Source: Bryobacterales bacterium (GTDB taxonomy: Bacteria; Acidobacteriota; Terriglobia; Bryobacterales; Bryobacteraceae). From it: a stretch of 64,000 nt of DNA. Below, in pieces: positions 39,665-48,661 of this stretch. A program made the position numbers and the translations under genes. The stretch spans positions 2,705 through 66,704 of the forward strand of contig JAOAPR010000248.1 in the NCBI GenBank assembly GCA_025463005.1. Reading direction: 5' to 3'. Numbering within the stretch: the first letter of the stretch is position 1; each line of letters begins with the position of its first letter. The notes beneath the pieces are model-generated. The model worked only from the letters and a program-made list of their open reading frames with translations, made no database searches and had not been told where the DNA came from.

Positions 39665-40328
39665 TGACGACGGGTGGGATGCGCCGGGACTCGCAACGCT
39701 GAAAACTCTGGCCGGGCGATTCGGCGAGGTGTTCGTACTTGCCCCCAGGGAACCGCATTCCTACGCCGGCCATCGCGTGACCACGGACTGCCCGCTGGTT
39801 CTGACGGAAACCGGCTCGCAGGAGTTCTCGTTGACGGGGACGCCGGCAGATTGCGTGCGGCTGGCGGTGACGACGCTGTTCCCGGACATCGACTGGGTGC
39901 TGGCGGGGATCAATCGCGGGGGAAACCTGGGAGCCGATCTCTTCACCTCAGGAACTGTGGCGGCGGTGCGCGAGGCTGCGCTGCTCGGCCGGCCGGGTAT
40001 CGCCGTTTCGCAATACATCCGCAAGGGCATGGCGCTGGACTGGGAACGTTCGGGAGAGCTGGCGCTGCCGGTGATCGAGCAACTGATCGCGGAGGGATGC
40101 CCGCCCAAAGGATATTGGAACCTGAATCTTCCGCACCTCGAGAATGGCGAAAACCCTGCTGTGATCAGATGCGATCCGGACAACGAGCCGCTGGATATCC
40201 GATTCCGGCAGGACGGAGACCGCTTCCACTATGACGGCTCTTATGCGTCGCGGCGGCGAACTCAGGGAAGAGATACGGAGCTGTGTTTCGGCGGGTCAAT
40301 TACGGTGAGCTGCTTGCGATTGGGTTGA
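39645..40328 (+). CDS. surE: 5'/3'-nucleotidase SurE
   Basis: MRILVTNDDGWDAPGL.., ..GTPADCV.. and ..GINRGGNLG.D...SGTV.AA.E matches canonical SurE. Confidence 0.9.
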   Translation: MRILVTNDDGWDAPGLATLKTLAGRFGEVFVLAPREPHSYAGHRVTTDCPLVLTETGSQEFSLTGTPADCVRLAVTTLFPDIDWVLAGINRGGNLGADLFTSGTVAAVREAALLGRPGIAVSQYIRKGMALDWERSGELALPVIEQLIAEGCPPKGYWNLNLPHLENGENPAVIRCDPDNEPLDIRFRQDGDRFHYDGSYASRRRTQGRDTELCFGGSITVSCLRLG

Positions 40329-40346
40329 GACGGGCAAGCCCGACTC

Positions 40347-40700
40347 CTACTTTAGCCACTCACCGTCGTGCATGATCATTTCGGCCGAATTGGTCGCGGC
40401 ATCCCGCAGCACCAGATCGGCCGGCTGGCCGGGGGCGATCAGCGCGGTGCCAGGCGCCGGCGTAACCAGCTTGCCGCTGCCCGAGATCATTTGCGCGCCC
40501 TTGGGCACAGGCGTGGATGCCTGAGGGCCCACCGCCTGGAATTTTCCATCGCTGATCACGATCACCGAATGCTCAAGCCTGGGATTATCGTGGCCGGGGT
40601 CGAGTTGCGCACCGACGATGACCTTGACGGGAGAGGTCGTAGACGGAGAACCACAAGACACCAGCAACCAAACCAGGACTAACAGGATCGATTTGTTCAT
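40347..40700 (-). CDS. Small lipoprotein resembling the split beta-sandwich domain of amidohydrolases without the TIM barrel
   Basis: Lipobox LLVSC. ..HSVIVISDGKFQAVGPQASTPVPKGAQMISGSGKLVTP is joined directly to ..GTALIAPGQPADLVLRD..MIMHDGEWL. These correspond to the N- and C-terminal composite-domain strands of metal-dependent amidohydrolases. Confidence 0.6.
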   Translation of the reverse strand: MNKSILLVLVWLLVSCGSPSTTSPVKVIVGAQLDPGHDNPRLEHSVIVISDGKFQAVGPQASTPVPKGAQMISGSGKLVTPAPGTALIAPGQPADLVLRDAATNSAEMIMHDGEWLK

Positions 40701-41392
40701 CCGAAGAGCATCTCCAGCGAGAGTTCGCGCAGATCGGGCACCAGGACATCCGGGGAATGCGTGGCGAGTTCTTCGGCCGACACCAGACCGGTCGCGACCG
40801 CGATAGACCGCACGCGATTGGCCCGAGCCGCGCGAATGTCGTTGGGGTGATCGCCGATCAGCGCGATAGGACTGGATCGGTCAATCCATCCCTGGCGGCG
40901 GGCGTGGCGAACCGCGATGCGCACCAGACCGGCGCGATTCGGTGCGAGCTCGGCAAACGCGCCGAAGCGCAGGTACGGCTTCAATCCGGCGCGCTCCATC
41001 TTTTTCCAGCCGATGCGCGACAGGTTGCCGGTGACCAGGCCCGCCGGGATGCCTTTTCGCGACAGCCTGTAGAGCAGCATGCGGGCGCCGGGGCAGACGC
41101 GGCGGCGAAGGTCGGGGCAGGTCCGCACATAGATGCGCTGCGCGAAAGCGACCATTTCGGGCATCTGCCGCCGGATCCTCGCCCGCGAAACGCCGGCGTT
41201 GGCCAGCATCTGGGTGAGAATATCGCGATCGAGCATGCCCTGGACCGGCACGCCCTCGGTGGTGGTTTCGATGCCGGTAGCGCGGCGGATGGCGTCGATC
41301 AGGGCCTGGCGATGATGCGGTCCCGCGCGGCGCAGCAGGGTTCCATCTATGTCGAAAAGCACTAAGGCTCGTTGGCTCATTCGATATTTCAT
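40697..41392 (-). CDS. HAD-superfamily hydrolase (phosphoglycolate-phosphatase-like)
   Basis: HAD motif I LVLFDIDGTLL, with ..VTGN.. and ..IGD...D.. motifs downstream. The start may be Met at 41380. Confidence 0.8.
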   Translation of the reverse strand: MKYRMSQRALVLFDIDGTLLRRAGPHHRQALIDAIRRATGIETTTEGVPVQGMLDRDILTQMLANAGVSRARIRRQMPEMVAFAQRIYVRTCPDLRRRVCPGARMLLYRLSRKGIPAGLVTGNLSRIGWKKMERAGLKPYLRFGAFAELAPNRAGLVRIAVRHARRQGWIDRSSPIALIGDHPNDIRAARANRVRSIAVATGLVSAEELATHSPDVLVPDLRELSLEMLFG

Positions 41393-41420
41393 GATATCCG
41401 GCTGCTAGAATGGCCTTGTC

Positions 41421-41924
41421 ATGCAAGTGCTCCAAGCGGGTCGCCACAAACTGCTGCTGTTGGAACTGGACCCGGAGTTTATCGAGAACATCGCGCGGCA
41501 GGCGGGCTTCGAATTCAAGCTGGAAGATCAGGAGCGGCGCGTGCTGCTGGACCTGGCGGCGGAAGACCGGCAAGCTCCGCTGCTGCTGTTCGACGCGGCC
41601 GATCCGGCGAACCTGGGATGGTTTTCGCGCTGCCAGTTTTACGTGGACGGCGTTTCGGGAACAGTGCTGCAGACGCCGATCCAGATTGCCAACCAGCACG
41701 ATAGGGGCGGGCGGGCGCTGCCGAATGCCATCCGGCTGCAGATCAACAAAGAACTTCCGGTGACGTTCCGGCTGCCCAATAAGGCGCCGGTTACCGAGCA
41801 AACGATCTACGCTGTGCTCTACAACGTGCTGAACGCGCTATTGAACACGGGAGTCGGCGTGTGCGGTGGCAGCGTGGTGAAGCCGCTGGCTGGGCGAACG
41901 GAGCCGCCCGGTTCCAGGAACTAA
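41421..41924 (+). CDS. Hypothetical protein (167 aa)
   Basis: Of three overlapping ORFs here, this is the only frame with protein-like composition. No motif recognised and no obvious RBS. Confidence 0.5.
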   Translation: MQVLQAGRHKLLLLELDPEFIENIARQAGFEFKLEDQERRVLLDLAAEDRQAPLLLFDAADPANLGWFSRCQFYVDGVSGTVLQTPIQIANQHDRGGRALPNAIRLQINKELPVTFRLPNKAPVTEQTIYAVLYNVLNALLNTGVGVCGGSVVKPLAGRTEPPGSRN

Positions 41925-41930
41925 GGGGCC

Positions 41931-42089
41931 GTGGACGAAGAGAACGACCCTATTCGCGCGTACGCCAAGCAGAATGCGGCGCGCGATGGGGTTAAACCGA
42001 CCGGCCGCTCGTGGGTGCTTCCGTTCCTCGCTTCCGTGGTTATCACCGCGTTGATTCTGGAAGCGGCTTTTTACTTGTGGGGCAAATAG
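41931..42089 (+). CDS. Possible small tail-anchored membrane protein (52 aa)
   Basis: Below the ORF-track cutoff. GTG 41931 follows AAGGGG. VDEENDPIRAYAKQNAARDGVKPTGRSWVLPFLASVVITALILEAAFYLWGK. The stop is 1 nt before the next ATG (42091). Confidence 0.3.
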   Translation: MDEENDPIRAYAKQNAARDGVKPTGRSWVLPFLASVVITALILEAAFYLWGK

Positions 42090-42090
42090 C

Positions 42091-42486
42091 ATGGCGACCT
42101 TCGGACTAATTGAGTATGGGGACGCTTCGCCCGAGGTGCGCGCGGTGTACGACGATATCATGGCGACGCGCAAGACCGACTGGGTGAACAATTTCTGGAA
42201 GGCCCTGGCGCACGATCCTGTGGCGCTCAAGCGAACCTGGGAGACCACCAAGCAGGTGATGGGCGCCGGCGCCCTGGATCCGCTCACCAAGGAACTGATC
42301 TACCTCGCGGTGAGCATGAGCAACCAGTGTGATTACTGCGTGGCGTCGCACACTGCGGGTGCGCGCTCCAAGGGCATGACAGACGACCAGCTCAAAGAAT
42401 TGATCGCCGTCATGGGGTTCGCCAATGCGAACAATCGAATCGTCGCGGGTTATCAGGTCGAGATCGACGAGCGATTCAAGACTTAG
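42091..42486 (+). CDS. Carboxymuconolactone decarboxylase/AhpD-like family protein
   Basis: ..LTKELIYLAVSMSNQCDYCVASHT.. contains the CxxC of the AhpD core. 131 aa. Confidence 0.85.
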   Translation: MATFGLIEYGDASPEVRAVYDDIMATRKTDWVNNFWKALAHDPVALKRTWETTKQVMGAGALDPLTKELIYLAVSMSNQCDYCVASHTAGARSKGMTDDQLKELIAVMGFANANNRIVAGYQVEIDERFKT

Positions 42487-43292
42487 GGAAGCTGCGCGGG
42501 CGCGTTCACGTGCACCAGGTCGATGTTGTTCTCCTGGCAAATGTATTCCAGGAGCTCGTCGCCGGGCGGCTGCAACCGGGCGCGGCCGGTAGTGGTGAAT
42601 GGCTTGGTATAGGCGCCGGGATCGTTGATATCGACCTCAATGGTCATATTCCCCAGATCGGTTCGCATGTAGCGTTCGACGGTGTGGAGCTTCTCAGTGT
42701 GCGGGTGGCCCAGATAGTCGAACCAGAACTTGTCATTGAAGCCGACCGTATCCACTACCAGCGTGTCCTTGTCCCAGGTGCCGGTGGAGTGCCCGTACCA
42801 GATGGGATCGGGATCGTCGGGATGCTTGCCGTTCATGAAGATCTGCCGGTAGCTGTGGATGTTGCCCTCATACAGGATGAAGATGTGTGTGGCGGCCTTG
42901 TGGGTGGGCGTTTGCACCATGCGCCAGGGATAAGGAGCGCCGCGCGGGATGCCGAACGGGAGGCAATTGCCCTGCGGATCGTCCTGTGATTTCCGCGTCT
43001 TCATGAGCGCCTCCGCCCACGGCTGCATGACGACTTCACTGCCGGGTTTCAGGCCCTTGGTGATGTCGCTGGAATTACTGCCGCCGCCCATCCACACCCC
43101 GGTCAGATCGACGGTGCCGTCGGGGAGGCGAGGAGTGGGTCCTGCCGGGGTAGCGGGTCCACCGCGTCCGCCTTTGCCTTTCGGCGCGGCTTTTCCTGAT
43201 GCGGGAGCCGCAGCAGGAGCTTGCGCGATCACGATCGATGCGGCGCCAAGCGTCACGGCGATCACGTAGCAGGCAACGAGGCTTTTTCGCAC
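42483..43292 (-). CDS. Secreted hypothetical protein (cassette partner 'B'), copy 2
   Basis: GTG start with GGAG upstream. Signal peptide MRKSLVACYVIAVTLGAASIVIAQA. Collinear with 20476-21258 (DLTGVW, DDPQGNC, GKHPDDPDP, GTWDKDTLVVDTVGFNDKFW, LHTVERY, LEYICQEN). Confidence 0.75.
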   Translation of the reverse strand: MRKSLVACYVIAVTLGAASIVIAQAPAAAPASGKAAPKGKGGRGGPATPAGPTPRLPDGTVDLTGVWMGGGSNSSDITKGLKPGSEVVMQPWAEALMKTRKSQDDPQGNCLPFGIPRGAPYPWRMVQTPTHKAATHIFILYEGNIHSYRQIFMNGKHPDDPDPIWYGHSTGTWDKDTLVVDTVGFNDKFWFDYLGHPHTEKLHTVERYMRTDLGNMTIEVDINDPGAYTKPFTTTGRARLQPPGDELLEYICQENNIDLVHVNAPAQLP

Positions 43293-43303
43293 GTGGATCT
43301 CTC

Positions 43304-43705
43304 CTACTTCACGTCGGGCGGCGGGGCGGCCATGAACGTCAATTTGGTGCCGTCGGATTTCTGGATGGTTTGGGCGCTGGCGGTGTTGGTGCCGTCCTTG
43401 GCTGGGGTGGCGACGACCTCAACGTGGTCGCCTTCCTTTAGCGAATGCCGGGTCCAGCCGTTCCGTTGCATCATGTTCGGGCTGGCGAGCTCCAGGTTCC
43501 AATTCGCCACTTTACCCTTTGGGTCGGTCACATCGAGGTAGAAATGGGCGTGCGGATTGGTCCACTCGAACTTCGTGACGACGCCTCTTAATTCGACCTT
43601 TTTGCTCGAGTCGTACTCGGCTGCAAAGGAATGATGTGCGATGGCCGGGAACCCCAGGATCAGCAGTCCGGCGCCTGCCGCGAAAACGCTCAGCGTAAGT
43701 TTCAA
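43304..43705 (-). CDS. Small secreted DUF6152-like protein (cassette partner 'A'), copy 2
   Basis: TTG start. Signal peptide ..LLILGFPAIA, so the mature N-terminus is HHSFAAEYD. ..LRGVVTKFEWTNPHAHFYLDV.. 11 nt upstream of partner B. Confidence 0.8.
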   Translation of the reverse strand: MKLTLSVFAAGAGLLILGFPAIAHHSFAAEYDSSKKVELRGVVTKFEWTNPHAHFYLDVTDPKGKVANWNLELASPNMMQRNGWTRHSLKEGDHVEVVATPAKDGTNTASAQTIQKSDGTKLTFMAAPPPDVK

Positions 43706-43781
43706 CGCAACAACCCCCAGGAGGGCATTTTTTCACATCGCGGTATCGCGCGCAATGCTACGGAGAAAACGAAACCCCCGA

Positions 43782-43810
43782 TTGACTCCCTATGGATACT
43801 GACATATCAT
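43782..43810 (+). promoter_or_regulatory. Candidate sigma70-like promoter for the receptor (pseudo)gene
   Basis: TTGACT (43782-43787), 17-nt spacer, TATCAT (43805-43810). Identified by eye only. Confidence 0.3.
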
Positions 43811-43838
43811 CACGACCACGCTTTAGACAGGGGGTCTT

Positions 43839-46800
43839 ATGCGCAGGTTCACGCTCTTAGCGATACTCTCGCTCACTCTCGTCCTCTCCGCGCAAAGCGA
43901 TCGGGGCACCATCACCGGCACTGTTTCCGATCCGGCGGGAGCCGTAGTCGCCAGTGCTCCGATTCAGGCCCGGAACGTGGAAACCGGCGTGGTGTATGAG
44001 TCAGCCACATCCACCACCGGCAATTACACCATCGCGCAGCTACCGGCGGGCACGTACGAAGTCTCTGTCGGCGTGGCTGGATTCAAGAAATACACGCGGG
44101 CGGGACTGGCGGTCCAGGTGGCGCAGACCATGCGCATTGACGTAACGCTGGAAGTGGGTGCGACCACCGATTCGGTAACGATCACCGAGGCCGCGCCGCT
44201 ACTCCGGACTGAAAGCGGCGAGTTGAGCCACAACGTCAGCGTAAAGCAGATGGACGACCTTCCAATCCTGGGGATCGGAGCGGGGCAAGCGGGGAGCGCG
44301 GGCATTCGCAATCCCATGGCTATGGTGCAGTTGATCCCAGGCACGGTGTGGACTCCGAACTCGGTGGTCCGCGTCAATGGAGCTCCGGCCAATTCGCAAT
44401 CGTTCCGCGTGGAGGGTCAGGAGGCCGGCAACACCGGCCTGCCCGGAACTCCAGCGCAAACCCAGCCGAGCGTCGATGCCATTCAGGAGGTCGCGATTCA
44501 GACCAGCAACTACGCGGCGGAGTATGGTCAGGTCGGGGGTGGCGTGTTCAATGTCACCATGCGATCGGGCGTCAATCGGTTTCACGGCAGCGCTTACGAT
44601 TATTTCGTGAACGAAGTCTTTAACGCGGGGAATCCGTTCACCTTAGCCCCGGCAGGCACGGGAAATCCGCGCTCGGTGGCGCGGCGGCATGATTACGGCT
44701 TCACCCTGGGCGGTCCGGTTGCGATTCCGAAGGTGTATGACGGCCACGACAAAACTTTCTTCTTCTTCAACTTCGAGCAGTATCGCGAGAGGGTCACGTT
44801 CAACAATCAATTTCAGACCGTGCCCACAGTGCCCTATCGCGCGGGTGACTTCACGACGGCGCTTACCAATCGCACTCTGACGAATGCGGCCGGTCCCATC
44901 CTGGATCCCGCCGGGCGCACCATGATCGAGGGGATGATCTACGATCCGAGCAGCACGAAGCTCGGCCCAGACGGCCGCAGTTACCGGGATCCATTCGTGG
45001 GCAACAAAATTCCATCCGCTGCATTCGATCCCGTGGCAGCGAAAATCCAAGCTCTGTTCCCCCCCAGCCGAACGGGGTCAATGCGACTTCGCTGACCAAC
45101 AATTATCTGAATCCTTACCAGGGTTCACGGATCACTACGGTTCCCTCAGTCAAGATTGACCAGGCGTTCGGATCGAAGGGGAAGCTTTCTTTCTACTACC
45201 AGCGCACCAAAACCGCAGCCCCAAGGAGCACCACGTTCGGTGTAGCCGACGGGCTTCCTGAGCCGATTACCACCGGGATCGGCACATATGACACGGCTCC
45301 GCTGTATCGGCTGAATTATGATTACACGCTGACGCCGACGATCCTGGTGCATTTCGGCGGAGGCTATCGCGCGAACTACCTCAATGCTCCCACTGTGGAC
45401 GAGAATGGCGATCCAGTGATTTTCAATCCGGTGCAGGAACTGGGCTTGAAGGGCGGGCTTCAGAATAAGTGGTTCCCGCCCATGTCGGGATTCCTGGCGG
45501 CGAATGGCACGGGCGGGATGAAGAACATCGGGTCGGCTTCGTCGATCAATAACGTTCAGTACATCACGCAGAGCCCGTCGTTTAATGCGAACATGACCTG
45601 GGTCAAGAGCAGCCATACGTACAAGTTCGGTGCGGAATTCCGCACCGAGGGGTATCCGCCCATCGTCGAGGGGAACACCGACGGCAGTTACGTGTTCAGT
45701 GCTGCGCAAACCGGCCAGCCCTTCCAAAACACCGCCGCGAACGGGTTTAACGTCGGATTCGGATACGCCAGCTTCCTGCTGGGCCAAGTCAATTCGGTCA
45801 GCATCAACAACCCCACGCGTCCGCGGATCGGGAAAAAACAATTTGGCATCTACGCCCAGGACTCCTGGAAGGTGACGCGTAAATTCACGCTGGATTACGG
45901 AGTGCGATACGACTATTCGACGTACTTGCGGGAGCAGTATGGCCGGGCGCCCGGTTTCTCGGCGACCACATCGAATCCCACCGCAGGGAACATGCCGGGT
46001 GCCGCGATTTATGATGGTTCCGGCCCAGGCCGGTGCAACTGCAACTTTGCCCACAACTATCCGTTCGCTGGTGCGCCCCGGCTGGGAGCCGCCTATCAGA
46101 TCAACACCAAGACCGTCGTTCGCGCCGGGTTCGGCATCGTCTACGCCGGCACGGAAGCGAACGCCAACGTCTCCGCCGGGCTGGCTCCCTCTGCGACGAA
46201 CAACACCGCTTCAGTTTTCGGGTCGCCCATTACGACTCTTGCCGTAGGTATCCCGGCCGCGCTCCTGCCTCCGGCTTGGCCGAATTATAATCCGGGCCAG
46301 TTTCCGACCGGTGCGCCTACTCCGGGAGCAGGTCCGCCCCTGATGGATGCAAACGCGGGGCGGCCGGCGCGGCAATATCAGTGGAGCGTCAGCCTGGGGC
46401 GCGAGGTGTTGCGGGATCTTGTCGTCGAGGTGGCTTACGTTGCGAATCGAGGCGTGTGGTGGCAGGCGCCCGGGCTGATCAATCTTAACGCGCTCAGTTA
46501 TGACCGGCTGAAGTCATTCAACCTCGATCCGGTGAACAACGCGGCCGACCGGACGTTGCTGACCGGATTCCTCAGCGCCGTCAGTGCCGCGCAACGCGGA
46601 TTCCGGGCGCCCTATTCGACGTTCCCGCTCAGTCAGACCGTGGCACAATCGCTGCGACCATTTCCGCAGTTCACAACCATTCCGGTGTATTGGGACCCGC
46701 TGGGCAAAACCTAGTACGACGGGCTGCAGATCAAAACCACCAAGCGGTTTTCGCACGGCTTGTCCCTGGTGAGCACGTTCTCCTGGCAGAAGTCGCTCTC

Positions 46801-47512
46801 GCTCGGATCCGAGACGGGCGATCCGGGTTCCGGCACCGGCGTGGTGAACGACGTGTTCAATCGCGACACGAATAAGCATCTTTCCCAGTACGATCAACCA
46901 TACCTGTTCAACATTTCGATGAATTACACCACGCCCAAGCTCAATGGCAACAAGGTGTTGTCGTGGGCGCTGCGCGATTGGACGTACGGGGCGTTCCTGC
47001 AATACGCGAGCGGCATGCCGATTGCGGTTCCTAACTCGCAGGGCAGTCCCACCAATCTCAGCAGTCTGTTGTTCCAGGGCACATACGATAACCGGGTTCC
47101 CGGACAACCGCTTTATACAGTGCCGGATCTCAATTGCCACTGCTACGACCCGAACGCGACATTCGTACTGAATCCGAAAGCCTGGGCCGAGCCGGCTCCG
47201 GGAACGTTCGGCGGATCTGCTCCTTACTTCAACGATTACCGCACCCAGCGCCGTCCTATCGAGAACATGAATCTGGGGCGCACCTGGCGGATCACGGAAA
47301 AGGCAAGCTTCAATCTTAGAATCGAGTTCTCGAATGTGTTCAACCGCTCCTTCTGGAGCAATCCGGGCGCGGCTAACGCGACGTCGCAACAGACCCGGCT
47401 CACGAACGGAAACGCATCCGCCGGGTTCGGATTCCTGACTACGACGTTCACGAATGGTGTGGCGAACCAACTGCCGCGCAGCGGGGTGGTGGTCGGGCGG
47501 CTGACGTTCTAG
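43839..47512 (+). pseudogene. TonB-dependent receptor paralog disrupted by a frameshift and an in-frame amber codon
   Basis: Three ORFs (43839-45095, 45347-46714, 46760-47512) are collinear with the intact paralog at 672-4304, from QSDRGTITGTVSDPAG.. to ..VVVGRLTF. Break 1 is at the C7 run 45059-45065. Break 2 is TAG 46712-46714, where the paralog has Trp (LGKTWYDSLQ vs LGKT*YDGLQ). Confidence 0.8.
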
Positions 47513-47995
47513 TTAGACGAACCCAATCGCCCGGCCGCCGATTCCGACGCCGAACCACAGCGTAAGAGAGAGCAGTGCGACCAGCCAGCCCAGCAGCAGG
47601 GGACGCTTATCCTCGTCCTTGTGCGTTACCCAACGGAACAGTGTGAACTGGAAAACAATGGCCGGAAAGAGCACCGCCATTTTGAACTTGAATCCGTCAT
47701 TGACAAAACACTTCATGGCTTCCGAGGTGAACAGCAAGTAGCCGGTGGCCAGCATGGTAACCATTCCCCAGGTCATGTAGGGTTCCAGGTTCTTGGCCAG
47801 TACCGCCACAGGCTGCTTTTTCAGCCCCAAGCCCATCATTCGCAGGTCGATGATCACAATCGCGCCGAACATCATTGTCAGCGCCAGAATATGGATGGTT
47901 TCGATCACCGGGAAGGCCCAAATAGTGTCGGCAATCGCCCGGCCGATGAACATCTTGTCGTTCCACTCAAAAAATGGTTTGAAGGATTGCCACAT
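47513..47995 (-). CDS. Hypothetical 4-TM membrane protein (paralog 1 of a tandem pair)
   Basis: 160 aa. ..PVIETIHILALTMMFGAIVIIDLRMMGLGLKK.., ..ATGYLLFTSEAMKC.. and ..GGRAIGF. Shares motifs with 48019-48513. Confidence 0.7.
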   Translation of the reverse strand: MWQSFKPFFEWNDKMFIGRAIADTIWAFPVIETIHILALTMMFGAIVIIDLRMMGLGLKKQPVAVLAKNLEPYMTWGMVTMLATGYLLFTSEAMKCFVNDGFKFKMAVLFPAIVFQFTLFRWVTHKDEDKRPLLLGWLVALLSLTLWFGVGIGGRAIGFV

Positions 47996-48018
47996 AGCGG
48001 GTCAGAGACTGGAAGAGA

Positions 48019-48513
48019 TTAGAAGTTGTAAGCAGTAGTGCGGCCGGCGATGATGACGATTCCCCAACTGATCAGTGAGATCCAGCCGGCCAGTTTGGCG
48101 GCTCGCGGCGGATCGGCTGCCCACTCCCATTCGTGCATGTGACGATAAACCTTGGAAGAGTGAAAGATCAGCACGTTCAGCCCAGCCAGGAACAGGAACA
48201 GCACTTTCAGGCGGAACCAGATGCTGTTGTAGCACTTGACCGGTTCGGACCACAATAACAGGGTCCCGGTGATAATCATCATCACGAATCCGGCCGTGAT
48301 CCAGGGGATGAGCTGATGAAATACGTCGGAGGCCGACTCTTTCTTGAAGATCAGCCCCATCATGCGGAGATCGGAAATGGCGATGGTTCCGGCCGAGACG
48401 CTGATGCCCAGCAGATGGCCACCTTCGAGCAACGGAAACATCAGAATCGACTCACGGATGGACACGCTGACCGAAGTCTCCTGGACCCATTGACAGATTT
48501 CAAGAAGAGACAT
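48019..48513 (-). CDS. Hypothetical 4-TM membrane protein (paralog 2 of a tandem pair)
   Basis: ATG 48513 lies within ORF 48019..48669. ..PLLEGGHLLGISVSAGTIAISDLRMMGLIFKK.., ..ITGTLLLWSEPVKC.. and ..AGRTTAY. Confidence 0.7.
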   Translation of the reverse strand: MSLLEICQWVQETSVSVSIRESILMFPLLEGGHLLGISVSAGTIAISDLRMMGLIFKKESASDVFHQLIPWITAGFVMMIITGTLLLWSEPVKCYNSIWFRLKVLFLFLAGLNVLIFHSSKVYRHMHEWEWAADPPRAAKLAGWISLISWGIVIIAGRTTAYNF

Positions 48514-48661
48514 GGAAAGAAAAGACCTCTTTTCGCGTCGGGAGCCGCGATGCATGCGGGCACCTTGCGCCCGGTCCGGTTTCTCAGAATACACAACCGC
48601 TCTACCCATGTCAAATCTACGGACTCTTGGGACTCGGAAGGTATGATAGGAGTTTCTTAGA

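Noticed and set aside
40881-41801. 306-aa minus-strand ORF spanning the HAD hydrolase and the divergent hypothetical gene.
   Set aside because: It is Arg/Pro-rich, crosses a divergent intergenic region, and conflicts with the HAD frame that carries the DIDGTL motif.
46712-46714. Amber codon interpreted as programmed recoding (pyrrolysine or read-through).
   Set aside because: No pyl genes or recoding signals are visible. The same gene also carries a frameshift, and the paralog has a plain Trp codon here. A nonsense mutation or a sequencing error is far more likely.
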